DNA from: Phoronis australis | Taxonomy: Eukaryota; Animalia; Phoronida | Reading direction: 5' to 3' | Length of the DNA stretch: 64,000 nt | Assembly (NCBI GenBank): GCA_002633005.1 | Contig: NMRA01000019.1 | Span: 1,197,052-1,261,051 of the forward strand | In this document: positions 1 through 13,200 of the stretch, piece after piece | How positions within the stretch are numbered: the stretch's first letter is position 1 | Layout: each line of letters begins with the position of its first letter | Position numbers and translations under genes: made by a program | Notes under the pieces: generated by a model | The model's database searches: none | Told to the model about the DNA's origin: nothing | The model's input: the letters and a program-made list of their open reading frames with translations, nothing else

Positions 1-657
1 GTACACAAGATTTCTAGGGAAGCTGAATTGCATTCACTGGCACATGAAAATGCACCAATAGAAAACGGTTGGGCAATTTCTTTTAGACAAAAAACACTGT
101 ACAATTAGGGTATATTTGACTTAATTACTGTACTCTAGAGTGGAATTAAAATTTCAAGAAAAACCTGTGTATTTTTGTGATGAGACTGTGGAAAGGGAAC
201 TTTGTAAGCAAACCAAAATAAAAGGATAGCTTTGTAAATCCCTCAATGTTTTAAAGGTATCCCAGCTTGTTCAAAATTTTGCTAAGCTTCTCTATGGTAC
301 CAGACACAAAGTTTGGACATGACAGGACATCAGTTAAGAACAGTAGGTGCAATGGAAATAAGGTGCCATTTAAAATAATAATACACTTACCTCACAAAGA
401 CAGTAAATAAAGAGAACCACTACAATTAGTCATTCAGACATTTATTGTAATTCATTGCCATGACTTTCATGTTGAAAGGGCGGGTTAAATGAATTTATTT
501 TGTACTCTTTTGTAATCCCCAATAATCCATAACTAATAAGACTTGAATATTAATTGATCTATAAAGACATTACAATCAACCCCTCTATACCAAACCAGTA
601 TGTTACACACCTGGCAAGACCACAAGTGACGCCAGCACTTAGCCCATAAAAACATAC

Positions 658-3600
658 CAGATATCCTTGGTTACAGTGTCATTCTGGTGTGTCCATGGTT
701 TACTTTCATAGATTGCCTCTCCGTTCACTTTCAACCAAGCGCCCATTTCTCGCAGTCTTTCTTCAAACACAGTGTTAATTGTGCCCTCTTTGGTTGGTCC
801 GACGTTAATGAGGATATTACCACCGCAGCTGTGAAGCAGTGAAAGGGAAACTACGATACTATGAAAGGTCCCACAACTTGATGGGGTTACGTGGCACAGT
901 ACATACGTTATAACATATCTGATCATGTTTTTGTAGCAGAGAATTTAAATACTACAGGTTCTAACCATGAGAGCAAAATTCTGCAAGCTCACCATCAGCT
1001 AAGAGACTACAAATCTGCCACTCGTAAATTAGTGCCAATCACATTGCTTCAGGTACCTGACATCACCTCCATAGTAAGAAAAAGGACAATAGAAAAATAA
1101 TAGGTGGTGACAGTCACAACCAAATAGAACTGTTTTCACTTGCGTTTGCAGAGTGCTGTTATTGGTTCCTTTTGAATAATACTAAATTTCATCGGAATCG
1201 CCAGCAGGGACTGTAGTGCTCTGCGATAAAGGAAAACGGACGGAATTTACGGAATGTGACTTCTTCCATGAACGATTAGCCAGATTTCAAACAATATTTC
1301 CATATTTCAGTAGCATACACCATAAATCTAAAATTGTTGGTTTTTAATTATCAAAAATTAAGAAGATAATCATCAAAATTTGGCATATTCTGACTACAAA
1401 TCAATGAGTCATTTTGAAGCGGATATGTTCAAAATGTGTTTGTTCATTCTTTCTGAAAGTGGCCCTGATCTTTTTCGTATTTTAAAAAGAAACAATAAAC
1501 GAATGCAGCAAGTTATCGATAAAATGGAGTCGTGGCATAATTTAGAAGAAAAAGTAAGGCAATTCACACCATTTATATATTATTTATCAGTTTCAAATTG
1601 GGAAAAGGAATTTGATTTTTTACAAAACGCAAAAGAACGGAATCTTGTGGCTGCTAAAACAGAAGTCTCTGTTTTTGAAAACTGAAAACTTGAGTCTCTA
1701 TGTACTATCATTCAATCACCTGACGCTTTCTGCCATTTGCTTCAGCAAATCATGTGTTGTAAGATATTCACTTAAGATGGCGTTGCGTCTGTATCCCCAG
1801 GAACGACTGTCAATTGTCATGGCATTCTCAAATTTGTGTTTTTGTAGTACACCTGAAGGTAATATGGTAACAAAAGTAATTAGACAAAATGCCATATCTG
1901 CCGTCAGCAAAAATACAGGTAAATGATTATTATGAAGGCAAAATTCTAATTACAGAGTGACTTTACCCTACTTATCAACTTTCCTACTAATTCCCGTCCA
2001 TTCTCAGTCTTTAGGGAAAACTACTCTGACAATGAAGTCAGCTTCCACCCAGCCATCATGACAGGGAATTCTGGGTCATTTTGTATGAATAGTTTTTGGC
2101 CTGTACTGTAAATACATCAATACACGCATGGTACACAATACACATCAATACACCCATGGTACACAATACACATCAATACAGGCATGGTACACAATACACA
2201 TCAATACAGGCATGGTACACAATACACATCAATACACTCTGCATGGTACACAATGTAATGTGTTGGAAAGAGAACCTAGTTAAGAGCCACATGCAGTGAT
2301 GAAGACAGTAATGGAAAATATAAACCTCAATTTGGAACATGTTAATCAAATCTGTGACAGAAAGACTAACCACAGAAGCAATCCATGAACTAGACTCAGT
2401 CCACAGATTAATAATGAAAAGTAACTTGCTATGTTAAAATAAAATAAATTTGATTTAGTCCTGAGAGGAAAAGGCTCTGTACATGGCTTTAATTTAATAA
2501 AACCTTGGCAACAAAAGATATCATCAGGGATAATAACAAGCAAGCAGTTTTGAACAATGGCAAAGACCAAAATCAAAGCATAAGTTAAAAGTGAATCACC
2601 AGATTTATTTCCACAAAATTGACTCTTTCTCAACGTTCACAGTTACATGTTAAAGGTGACACCTTCATAACATACCTGGGTTATACCTGTCATCACAGTT
2701 GAAATATCCACCATGTTTACATCTGGAGTCATTACCCCACCTGTCATTCACTACAATGTAATCTCTTACAGGGCTGTAAGAACAAGTAATCGTTCAATTA
2801 CAAAACAAATCAATGCCCAAACATCTTAAGAGCAAATGCAAAACAAGAGCAACATGGAGATTTGAAATGCACTCAGGATTAAACTGCAAACGGTCTGCTT
2901 CTAGGGCTGTTTCTTTGTATCATAAAAACGGCCATTAGATGGCCCAGAATACAATGAACCCATCTAAACATGGGAAGGTGTCATTGTCTCTCATACCTAT
3001 TTGCAAAATTTTATGAAAATCCATCAAAGAACTCTGTAAAAAAGCAAACGTAAAAAACTCCCATTAAGAACCACAGCAATAGTCGAATCTGCCTATCTGC
3101 TATTGAGTTAGTAAGAATACAGATGCAAAATTTCTAAAACATCTTGCAAGGGGTTCAAAAGATACAGTCGTAAATGCAAAAAAATGTCACTAGGGAGCAC
3201 CATAGTAGTTGGACCCATTTGAAAATCCACGTCAGTCATGCTCTTGTCAGTAGGATGACATCTGCCAATCCTTTGCACGGTTTGGCAGATAAAGAAACAG
3301 ACGATAAAAAACAGACTAAAAAAATTAAAATGGACACTAACTGGTGCCCAATAAGTCAAAGCCATCACAAAAAGGAAAGGTGCTGTCGTCTTCATAATAG
3401 AAATTTGACCAATTTCATGAAAAACCATCAAGGACCTCTGAAATTACAGAAGCAAACGCAAAAAATACAAGAGTAACGCAGAGCGTTGAAATGCGCCCAC
3501 AATTGCACCGCATACGGTATCCTTCTAGGGTTGTTTATTGGTACCATAAAGTGGCCAGTAGAGGGCATATATGTAGTATGTTGTACTTAGCAAAATGGAA

Positions 3601-6444
3601 AGGCATGGTCATTGTCTCCTCAATAGGCTAGGGGCAAAATGTGAGTAATCTTCATAATACAAGCACATCCTATACACCAGTTGCTTAAAGCACCACAGAA
3701 ACATAGAATNNNNNNNNNNNNNNNNNNNNNNNNNNNNNNNNNNNNNNNNNNNNNNNNNNNNNNNNNNNNNNNNNNNNNNNNNNNNNNNNNNNNNNNNNNN
3801 NNNNNNNNNNNNNNNNNNNNNNNNNNNNNNNNNNNNNNNNNNNNNNNNNNNNNNNNNNNNNNNNNNNNNNNNNNNNNNNNNNNNNNNNNNNNNNNNNNNN
3901 NNNNNNNNNNNNNNNNNNNNNNNNNNNNNNNNNNNNNNNNNNNNNNNNNNNNNNNNNNNNNNNNNNNNNNNNNNNNNNNNNNNNNNNNNNNNNNNNNNNN
4001 NNNNNNNNNNNNNNNNNNNNNNNNNNNNNNNNNNNNNNNNNNNNNNNNNNNNNNNNNNNNNNNNNNNNNNNNNNNNNNNNNNNNNNNNNNNNNNNNNNNN
4101 NNNNNNNNNNNNNNNNNNNNNNNNNNNNNNNNNNNNNNNNNNNNNNNNNNNNNNNNNNNNNNNNNNNNNNNNNNNNNNNNNNNNNNNNNNNNNNNNNNNN
4201 NNNNNNNNNNNNNNNNNNNNNNNNNNNNNNNNNNNNNNNNNNNNNNNNNNNNNNNNNNNNNNNNNNNNNNNNNNNNNNNNNNNNNNNNNNNNNNNNNNNN
4301 NNNNNNNNNNNNNNNNNNNNNNNNNNNNNNNNNNNNNNNNNNNNNNNNNNNNNNNNNNNNNNNNNNNNNNNCAGGACTTTTGGAGATACAAAGGTAAGCG
4401 TAAAAAAACTAAAATTGCCACTAGGGGGCACACCGGTAGTCGGATCCATCCTAACGTTCGCACATGCCGTCCCATTCATGAATGGAACATATGTGCCAAA
4501 TTTCATGAACGTATGTCAAAGGGTTTTGGAGATAGAGCAGCGGACGCCGGACGCCGGACGCCGCCCGGACGGACGGACGGACAGAGATGACGGCATAATG
4601 CGTCCACATATAAATATGTGGGCGCATAAAAATGTGTTTTTCGGCAATCAAACCAATAATGTCCCTTAAAACCTCAGGCTAATTTCAACCATGCAGACAA
4701 TAGACCCACCTGTCATTGTACAACCAGGCCAAAAAGTTTGTGGAGTTCCAGTAGGTGGAGTCTACCATCCAGTCACCATCAGACCAGATCAGCTCTGGAT
4801 GGTATTTGTTGACCAGTTCATATAGCTCCGGCATTGCCTTGGTCTGCAAAGCAGAGAAAAGTGTGCAGACAAGAATGAAATCTTGTTTTTTATAATCCAT
4901 ATATACGGGCAGCGTTTCTTAAATCCAATGCATAATCCATGCACGTAAAGTGATAATCTTCACTTCAGGAATGAAAACAGGGAATTCTATACCATAATGT
5001 ATCAAAGGTGTCCCATAATTTATGAATTCTATCCCATAATTCAACATTCCAACCTCACCAACCTGTAACTTCAATTGTCAACATTTTGCTAGGTTACACT
5101 AATAAGGACTCTAGCACACTCATGAAACACTCATTTTTTTCACATGCATGGTTTTACATAATCTCACTTTTTGTGCAAGAAACTTGGTATGCAGAATGCT
5201 ACCCAGAGTTCAAATGTGGTTGAGAAAACACTACACCAAAGTAATTTGAAGACAACCAATGTTCTCCCCAAGTTAATAAACATAATGATTGCATTTATTT
5301 CAGTTTAATGACTTACTTGGATATGTCAAATATTCTGATTCCAATTCAATTAACATATTTCTACATCTATGATTTTTACATAAAAAAAATTCTGTTCATC
5401 TTTAAAATATTATTTGTTTCCCCTTGCCCTCGCCTCACTCCTCCGAATTGGTTAGTAAAATATTTAGTTCTACATCCTATTTTCATTGTTGGGGCACACT
5501 TATTTTGTTTTGAAAAAGTAGTGATTTAATTTTTGCAACTGGAAAAATTTCATTTCTCGAATTACGAATTACGAATACAATATTTTGAAAAGCAAACATA
5601 TTTTACAGTTGGTCATACGATGGTAAACAAACTTAATTTTAATGTATCCCTCATAACCACACATTGCCAAGTAATACCAATCAACCAGTCATATATCATT
5701 GATGTTTCAACCATGCACTGATGAAATACATATAAATACAAAGTCATGGTTAAAGAATACTGTGCAAAAATGTTCTACTTAATAATTCTGGTTATTGCCT
5801 CAAAAACTAATTTACCAGTAAAAAATGATTCTCTTTTAGTTACTACTACAATTTCTAAAACAAACATTGTTGCAACAACAGAAAACTGACTAAGGAGATT
5901 ACCTTTACAAATTCTTGTGTTTTATATCCATTAGCCTTGTCCTGCAGGTACAACGGATGGAAAAACTCAAACAGAGAATGGTACAACCCAAAATGAAGAT
6001 TGGTGCGGTTACGCACAGCATTTGCAAGGTCACCTGAAAACAAGTCATGACATGAGAATAAGAGAAAATGCAGAGAACAAAACAGTAAGCGAGAAACAAT
6101 TATTTGAAATGATTAGTCGTACAAGAGCAACACACAGCATTGATATGCATCTACTGTGAGCATCCCATACAGCGAACACAGAAGGGATGAAAATTATTTT
6201 ACCACAAAAAATTCTGACTTGAGTTTGTTAAGACTTCAGTCTTTTAAAAATAATTATTTTAAGACTGAATTTTTTAATTCCTAAGTTTTTAAGATTAAAT
6301 TTTAAATCAGAAATTTGGTCACTTTTTGTGAAACAGATCCCTGTGCTCGCTTTGACAGTCTTCAGGTCACCAATGTGACTTCCAGTTTGGTTTTTGCTGA
6401 CCTGATAAAAGTTCCAAGTTGTCACAAAATCACCCCACACACGC

Positions 6445-6492
<48 letters not shown>

Positions 6493-8586
6493 TAGCATGC
6501 ACTCAAAATACTAAACAGACAGGAGTTGAATTTGTTCAGCAAGGACTGTTAAATGACCCATGCGCAGGTGTTTTGATTGTCTGCTTTTCTCTTTGGTAGG
6601 AGGCACAGGACATTGGGTCTGGACCAGGTGAACAGAGCTGATGTTGTGGAGGGTCACCCATTACAGACCTTCACTCAGTTTTCAGTTTAATTCAGATTTA
6701 TATCCCATTTTTCATTTACTACAGTTACCAGCTGTGCATCATTTGTTGGAACAAAGAATATGGATTTTCCTTGTTTAGGCGACACCATTTCCCATTTGGT
6801 AACTTAGGAATTTTACCCAGTCACATTTGGGCGAGTTGACATACTCCTAAGCATAGAGCTCTATGCATATGTAAAGGATTATTTTTGATAAGCTTGTCAT
6901 GACATCAAACAGTGTCAAATTCCCCAGATAAAACAAAAATTAACAGAACATTAAGAATTAAAGCCTCTTCAGATTAACATCCAGGCAGTTTAAAGAAAAA
7001 TCAAGAGGTGGGTGTAAAACCACAGCAAAATGTAGCTGCCATTAAAATTAATCATTTTTAAAACTACTATGAGAAGAAGGATTCAGACAGACATGGTGGA
7101 CACAGTGATGTGTCATCTTACACTAATACAAACCTAGCAAGTCTCTCTTTGGTCCAACATCCATTGAGTTCCAGTTAAAGGAGTATTTGGAAGGCCAGTT
7201 GGTAAAGCCTTCATGGTGTTTACTTGTCAGGACCACATATCTAGAATGTGAAACAAACAAATGATTATCACATGAAGGAAATGGAAGACATCATGACGGC
7301 GTTCTGTCGATCAGCAACTTTTCCAGATGTGAGGGGTTCTGAACATGCGATAACATCTGACTCCTTTGTTAACTGCCCTGCACAGTCTTTTGTCCCGTAT
7401 CTCCCAGGCTTCAAAGGGTTACTGAAACTTGGCAGAAATTGTCTTAACTTCTGTTGTAGTTGGGCGATTTTGGTGATTCAAAAACTAAACATGATTCAGC
7501 ATTTGACAAGCAATTCAGAAATGCTATTGGTTTATGTTCAAATATGATATACCTTAACTTTCATTTTTAGCAGCACAGCCCAGTCAGGCTAAATATGATC
7601 TGATCGGAGATTATAGCAATTATCAAACAAAAGAGAGCCAGCCCTCCAACCATAAATGCCAGAATGGAGTTAATCAGTTGTGTAAGATATTGGCTACAGG
7701 GGTGATCTTCCTAACATGTTGTTGGGCTATAGAGTCAAACAAGTTGGGAGCAATGGGAAAACGCCATAATGTAGTAAGTTCAGTTGCCGTGGGGTACTGG
7801 GTCTCTACTCAGAAAAGACATTAACTCCAAAACACAGTTACTCCAAATGTTTCTACTTTTATATTTCTCTACAGTAATTTTTATGAAGAAATTATGGGAA
7901 CAATAGCCTACATGTGTTGGTGTAACCATTTAATGGGATTTCATTGTCTATTCATGAGGTACCATTATTGCAAAACACAGTGGCACATGGCCATGTGCCC
8001 TCTGTTGAAAATGTGGGATACCATACTTTTTAAAACATTGCGAATGGCCAGAAATTTTATTATGCAATGTAGGCAAATGTCATTGCCACATGGAATTCCA
8101 TAAGCAACCAGGCTATAGTACTATTTTCAAATGTTTCAGGGTGCCCAACAGAAATGCCAAGAGAAAGCAGCACACACTGGGGACCTATGTAATGACAGGT
8201 ACTTACTTAGCGCCAGAAGCCTGGAAGAGATCCGCCCAGAAATTAGGATCGTAAAATTCAGCTGTGAACTGTGCGGCAAAGTCAGCGTATGTGAAAGTCG
8301 GTCGATAGTTATCCTTCATAAACTTCACAACGTCCGCATTATGTACGGCCCAATCGTACACAAACCACTCATTTAAAAAACTGGGAACTGAAAATACACC
8401 CCAGTGTAGAAAAATTCCGACTTTTGCTTTATCAAACCAGTCTGGAAGTGGTCGAGAGTCCAGGTCATTCCATTCTGGTTTGTATCGTCTTGCGCCTGCT
8501 ACCGTGTGTAAGCATGATAAGGACAGACAAATCAAAACGAAGTCACGAACACAGACACCAAACATAACACTGTTTTCGGCCATCAT
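658..8586 (-). CDS. FUCA: Lysosomal alpha-L-fucosidase (GH29, FUCA1/FUCA2 family); 3' end lies beyond the left edge of the window
   Basis: Exons in transcript order, all GT-AG and phase-consistent: 8586-8207, 7240-7134, 6033-5903, 4843-4710, 2773-2676, 1852-1720, 828-658. The product has a signal-peptide-like N-terminus and the GH29 motifs [69 protein letters not shown] (nucleophile Asp), [18 protein letters not shown] and [10 protein letters not shown]. Confidence 0.97.
2111..2254. repeat. 28-bp minisatellite, about 5 copies (CAATACACATCAATACAGGCATGGTACA), intronic
   Basis: GTACAC recurs at 2131, 2159, 2187, 2215 and 2246. Confidence 0.9.
3467..4630 (-). mobile_element. Non-autonomous Helentron-associated element (HINE/DINE-1-like) spanning the assembly gap
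   Basis: Terminal stem-loop ATGCGTCCACATAT..ATATGTGGGCGCAT (4598-4627), adjacent (GGAC)n/(GTCC)n microsatellite (about 4541-4583), matching subterminal repeat ATGCGCCCACA (3491-3501), short hairpin AACGC-AGA-GCGTT (3475-3487), an ACAAGAG end and A/T-run flanks. Related, more diverged ends start at about 2843 and 6121. Confidence 0.7.
3710..4371. other. Assembly gap (662 N)
   Basis: Run of n; ORFs crossing it are artefacts. Confidence 1.
6436..6490. repeat. (CA)n microsatellite
   Basis: Direct inspection. Confidence 0.95.
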
Positions 8587-8589
8587 TCA

Positions 8590-8730
8590 GTGCCTTGTAC
8601 TCGGGATCATGTGACTCTTCATGTGACAATTGCCAAACGAGGGCGCTATTTTGTCAAGTTATCCAATCACAGAACCCAAATTTTGTTGGCGCACAGCTGA
8701 TTCTCATGAGTTGTTTGTAAACGGAGGGGT
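8590..8730. promoter_or_regulatory. Putative bidirectional FUCA/OSTM1 promoter with two tandem MiT/TFE (M-box/CLEAR-like) sites and a CCAAT box
   Basis: TCATGTGAC at 8607-8615 and 8619-8627, 21-41 bp upstream of the FUCA ATG; CCAAT at 8663-8667; plus-strand donor GGG|GTAGGT at 8729 that could end a non-coding first exon of OSTM1. Confidence 0.6.
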
Positions 8731-10038
8731 AGGTGATTTGCCGTTTTTCAAATTCATTTCATCTTTGCTTAGAATAAAATGTAGCATAATCATGGGAAGG
8801 CTACCTTTAGAGAAAGATGAGGAGAGAATCAAATGTGATTGCAACCCTCCCCTCCCTGGCCGAGGTCGACACCCCGTTTTGTCAGTAGTCCACCAACGGC
8901 AACGCTCAGCCCTCTCTGACTCTGGGCAACGTCAGTGTAATCCTCATGGATAACTTGCCAACCTATACTAGTTAGCGATGACTTTTGAGTGAAAATATAT
9001 TGAAAACCAGAAATCCCAACAAGGTCAGACTTACCTGTCATTTTGACAATAGGGTAATACTAATAGAGTGTGCTTTTTTATGTTCTTTGATCCTTAACTT
9101 GTCTTAATTAAGACCTTATAAATTCGATCCTTCCTTTGCTTTAGCAATAGCAATTATGGTGACCACCTGTTAAAAACCCTCCCTTGACAGACACATTTAA
9201 GAATTGCAGTTATATCAGTGTATTTATGTCCAATCTGGTAGTTGGAGCAGTAACATTAGATAGTTGGATCCCTGATTAAAGATGATTTGATCAGTAGATA
9301 ACGAGTTACTTCCACTGAGTAACACATGTTATTTTCAAATCACTGTTAAATTGGGGACCCACCTATAGGACCATTACCCAACCTATTTTTGACAGGTAAC
9401 TGTTTCCTAGCCTTGCATTGCAGTATACTAAATATACAGCTTCGTGTCTCTGTGGATAAAAAACTGTCCAAACAAAATGTGACACAAAATTAGCTGTCAT
9501 AACAAACTACATTCTTCCTTGAGTGAACTAATTGTTTACCGGTGTTAGAAAATTGGCGTTCTACTGTTATTCTGCTGCTTAAGTTGTGGAGTGATCATAT
9601 CCTTGTGCTTTCGGCCTATTAAATATAGCCTCACTCGTGGGCCACTTTCTTCTTTCACAAGGTTGTGTGCGTGTCACAACAAGTTATGGGAACTGATTCC
9701 ATATCTTTATAAGTTTTAGTATTTAAATACTAGCAATCCGAATTTTAGAGTAAATTGTTTGATCTTGACGGCATTTCTTTGTTACAAAAGGGCAAGTATG
9801 TTGCAAGTGACATTTATCAGCTTGCGTTTCAGCTTGGGTATGAACTTCGTTGTGAAGCAACCATAAATAGTGTTTCAGTGAAATGAAAAAACAAGCTTTG
9901 TATATTTTGCCAGTTTTTTAACCCACTCCGATACCTGTCAGCGTTTTGACCTGAAATCATGAACAGCTTGCTGGCTCCCTATCTCTCCCTGTCATGCCTT
10001 TGCAAATGATTGTGTTGAGTAAGAAAAGGGGAATAGGA

Positions 10039-10288
10039 CACAACTGTCAAGAATAGTGTTGTATTCATTTGTGACAAAACAACACTATTAATAAAACTTA
10101 TTTTTGTTACAGGTGTCTGTTCCACAACTGTCATAAGAATAGTGTTGTATTCATTTGTGACAAAACAACACTATTAATAAAACTTATTTTGTTACAGGTG
10201 TCTGTTCCACAACTGTCATAAGAATAGTGTTGTATTCATTTGTGACAAAACAACACTATTAATAAAACTTATTTTTGTTACAGGTGTG
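10039..10288 (+). repeat. Three tandem copies of an 85-86-bp unit containing the OSTM1 splice acceptor
   Basis: Unit CACAACTGTCATAAGAATAGTGTTGTATTCATTTGTGACAAAACAACACTATTAATAAAACTTATTTTTGTTACAGGTGT, with AG at 10111-12, 10196-97 and 10282-83. Confidence 0.95.
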
Positions 10289-10297
10289 ATGTAAAAG

Positions 10298-13200
10298 ATG
10301 GAGTGGCTTCGATCTCATTTTTTCATCCTTAGTCTATTTCTACCATTCTGTGTCCTGATCCACCCGATATCTAGTCTTCATTTTGAGTCATCCAATGCTG
10401 ACAACATCACAGAACTTCCCTTTGACATACTCACCAGATGTACAGCATTCATGCGGGAGTTTGGGTTAGCCGCGTCCAGTTACATGGAGTGCGCCATACT
10501 TCACTCCCGGCCATTCCAGTTCTGCTCAAAGTGTGTCGACCATTATGTGTTTGCCATACATCTGTATGAGCAGCTGGTAGGTGTCTGTTTAATGTAAATG
10601 CCATTTCCTTTTCTGAATTTTAACTGAATTAAGTTCCAAGAATACATGGCATTCTGGGACATGTATGTATTTCAGTAGCGAATGCTTTTTTTCATTGGAA
10701 AAAACATTTCAAGTTATAAAGTAAGGCAAGTTCAATGTTCTAGTTTTACACACCTGCATTTTGTCTGGATCTCATGTGCAAATTTTTTGAGTGTTAAACT
10801 ATCTCAGACTCTTTTTATTAGTTCAGAAATTTGACACTGGAAGTGAACTCATTCATAGCTTATGTTCAAATACTGACTGAAAATACTTTGTTTGCCTCTT
10901 AACTCTCACACTCATTGTCCATCAGCATACTCTAAACAGATAGTATCTTATGGATTTCACATGCTAAGTGTAAGCCATTTGCTTAAGTTCATGATATTTG
11001 ATTATTTTTATTTAATTTCATGATATTTGATTATTTTTATTTTATTCCAGAAAAGAGTCAAAGTTGATCCTATGTCCTCAAGAACCTGTGTGGAAATGAT
11101 CAGTGGTGACAAAATTATGTTGCCATCACAGGCTCATAAGTTTATCAAGGACTCATGGGAGAATGCACACTGTGCTAGTAAGTGGGGAGATAAATTACTA
11201 CTAGGCTGGCTAAAGGCCAGACTTGTCAATATACCTTGGGAACCAACATTTATTATGTTTGATTTTCTAGTTTGCTCACACATATTTGCGTGTATTGGAT
11301 GCTACAGCCGTACTTGAAATACCAATGATTAGACACTTTGAGCCCTTTCCAAGAAACTGACTTGAGTTCAGTTTTCACTTGAATTTATGATTTGTCTCAA
11401 TTTTCAAACTTTGAAACTTTCACATCTGGTGAGTTAATCAAAACTGAGAAAAAACTTCAGTCAAAAACTTAAGTCAACCTTAAGATCTTTATCTTGAAAC
11501 GGACTTGGGACAAATTTAAGTTTTATCTTAAAATTTGTTGGAATTTACGATTTGTCTTAGCTAAGTCAGTTTTCTTGTAATAAGCCCCTACTTTTCAAAT
11601 AGAATGGCAATTGTTGGAATTCTCACAATCTTCATGTAGGAAGCTGAGGTGGTTAATTCGTGTGTTTCTGAACATTCTCTTAATATTTTGGTATCTAGTT
11701 ATTGAGAGTTAAAAATATATTAGTTACTCGAGACAGATTTTTACCACAGCTTGATCATCAATCAGTTTGTAAAAATTGATAATCACTGTGAACCAAAACC
11801 CCTTTATTAGTAAGTGAAGTTGCCGATTTTAGATGTGAGAATTTTCGATGACAAAAATTAAAACAGTATCAGTAAATATCATCGTTTTTTAAATCTGTGC
11901 TAGCTTAATTTTCTGCACTATATGCAGATGTTGCACTCAATTCCCTTAAAGTGAAATGTAAGCTTTTCTGTGATTTGTCCTATGTATTAAGTCAACTATT
12001 ACTGACCAATGAGATGGGCTTTTTGGAACCGGCTTAATTGAATATGAAATTTGCCATCAAATGCCTGTAATGTCCCAATTCAGTCTCCCAGTAATGTTTA
12101 AATCGCTCATTTGAAAGTACTTCGAATTTCATGATGGAAGCAGTAGAACATGACTGGTGAAAATAACTATGTTATTTAGACATCCTGTGTGGTAATATCT
12201 CGTACAGGGGCTTTATTCTAATGGGAAAATACAGGAAAGGGGTGGGGTGAAATTGGTGGTGATCGGAGGGAGGAGGGTGTATGTCTCCCACACCCCCGCC
12301 AGGGATGCTGTTCATTATCTGTGTATTATGCACTGGACGTGTTCACATTGTAAAAGTATCCAGTAAAGCTGTATACACATTTCCATGAGGTGTGAAGTCA
12401 TAGAAAAGGCATTACTGAAGCTTTCCACGTAAATAAAGTTATTACTTCATTTATGGTTTTGTGACATAATGTACACATTGCTTTTCTAGTTAGCTTTGGT
12501 GTCTGTCCTTCCTGCACAGAAAAAATGAAACTGTGAACCAAAAAATTGACTGCACACCAAAAACGTATGAATCGTAAATTGTTTTGGTTATACTTTGCAG
12601 CGGATACATATGTTCAATGGCTTCTACATTCTTACTGGAGGGGGCACTGTTCTTTTTTGGGTATCTGCTTGTCAATAAACAATAATACTGAGAGTTAGAA
12701 AGTTATTGGTAAAATGAAACTGCAGCAAACTGCGCTTTAAACAGTACGGCACCAATGGCTTGTTACTTATAACAAAACTGAAAAATATGAACTTGCTAAA
12801 ACTGATTTGAGTACCTGTTTCTGAAAATGAAAAACCAGGGTGCATTAACGATTTCGTTTCTATACTTTGTCGTTCTTTGTGTCCCAGAAACATGAGAGTT
12901 TTCCTCAAAGGCTTCATGATTTCCCCAGATTGAATAAACATAAAGTTGCATTTGTTATCAACAGACTTAAGTATTGATTCAATGAGCATTTCTCAGTGGA
13001 GTCATTACAATTTACCAATAGTCATTTGTGCAAGGGATGGTCAAATTTTGTACCTGGGTACTAAGCTCTACTTCCTGGGACCAGATCTCTTTCCTGAACT
13101 GATCTCAATGACTGGAGTTTGGTTCCCAGGCATGGAGTATATTTGGTGCATTTATGGAGTTTTCAGGGCACAGGTCTGGGATTTGTATGGCAAGTTTGGT

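Noticed and set aside
391-419. Possible short fucosidase exon on the minus strand (TAG|...|GTAAGT)
   Set aside because: In the required phase it reads GSLYLLSL* and has no GH29 similarity; the real next exon is probably off-window.
3609-4506. Three long ORFs of 238-288 aa
   Set aside because: They consist almost entirely of X from the N gap.
10039-10288. Regularly spaced palindromic repeats resembling a CRISPR array
   Set aside because: The units are contiguous and near-identical with no unique spacers, there are no cas genes, and the context is a eukaryotic intron.
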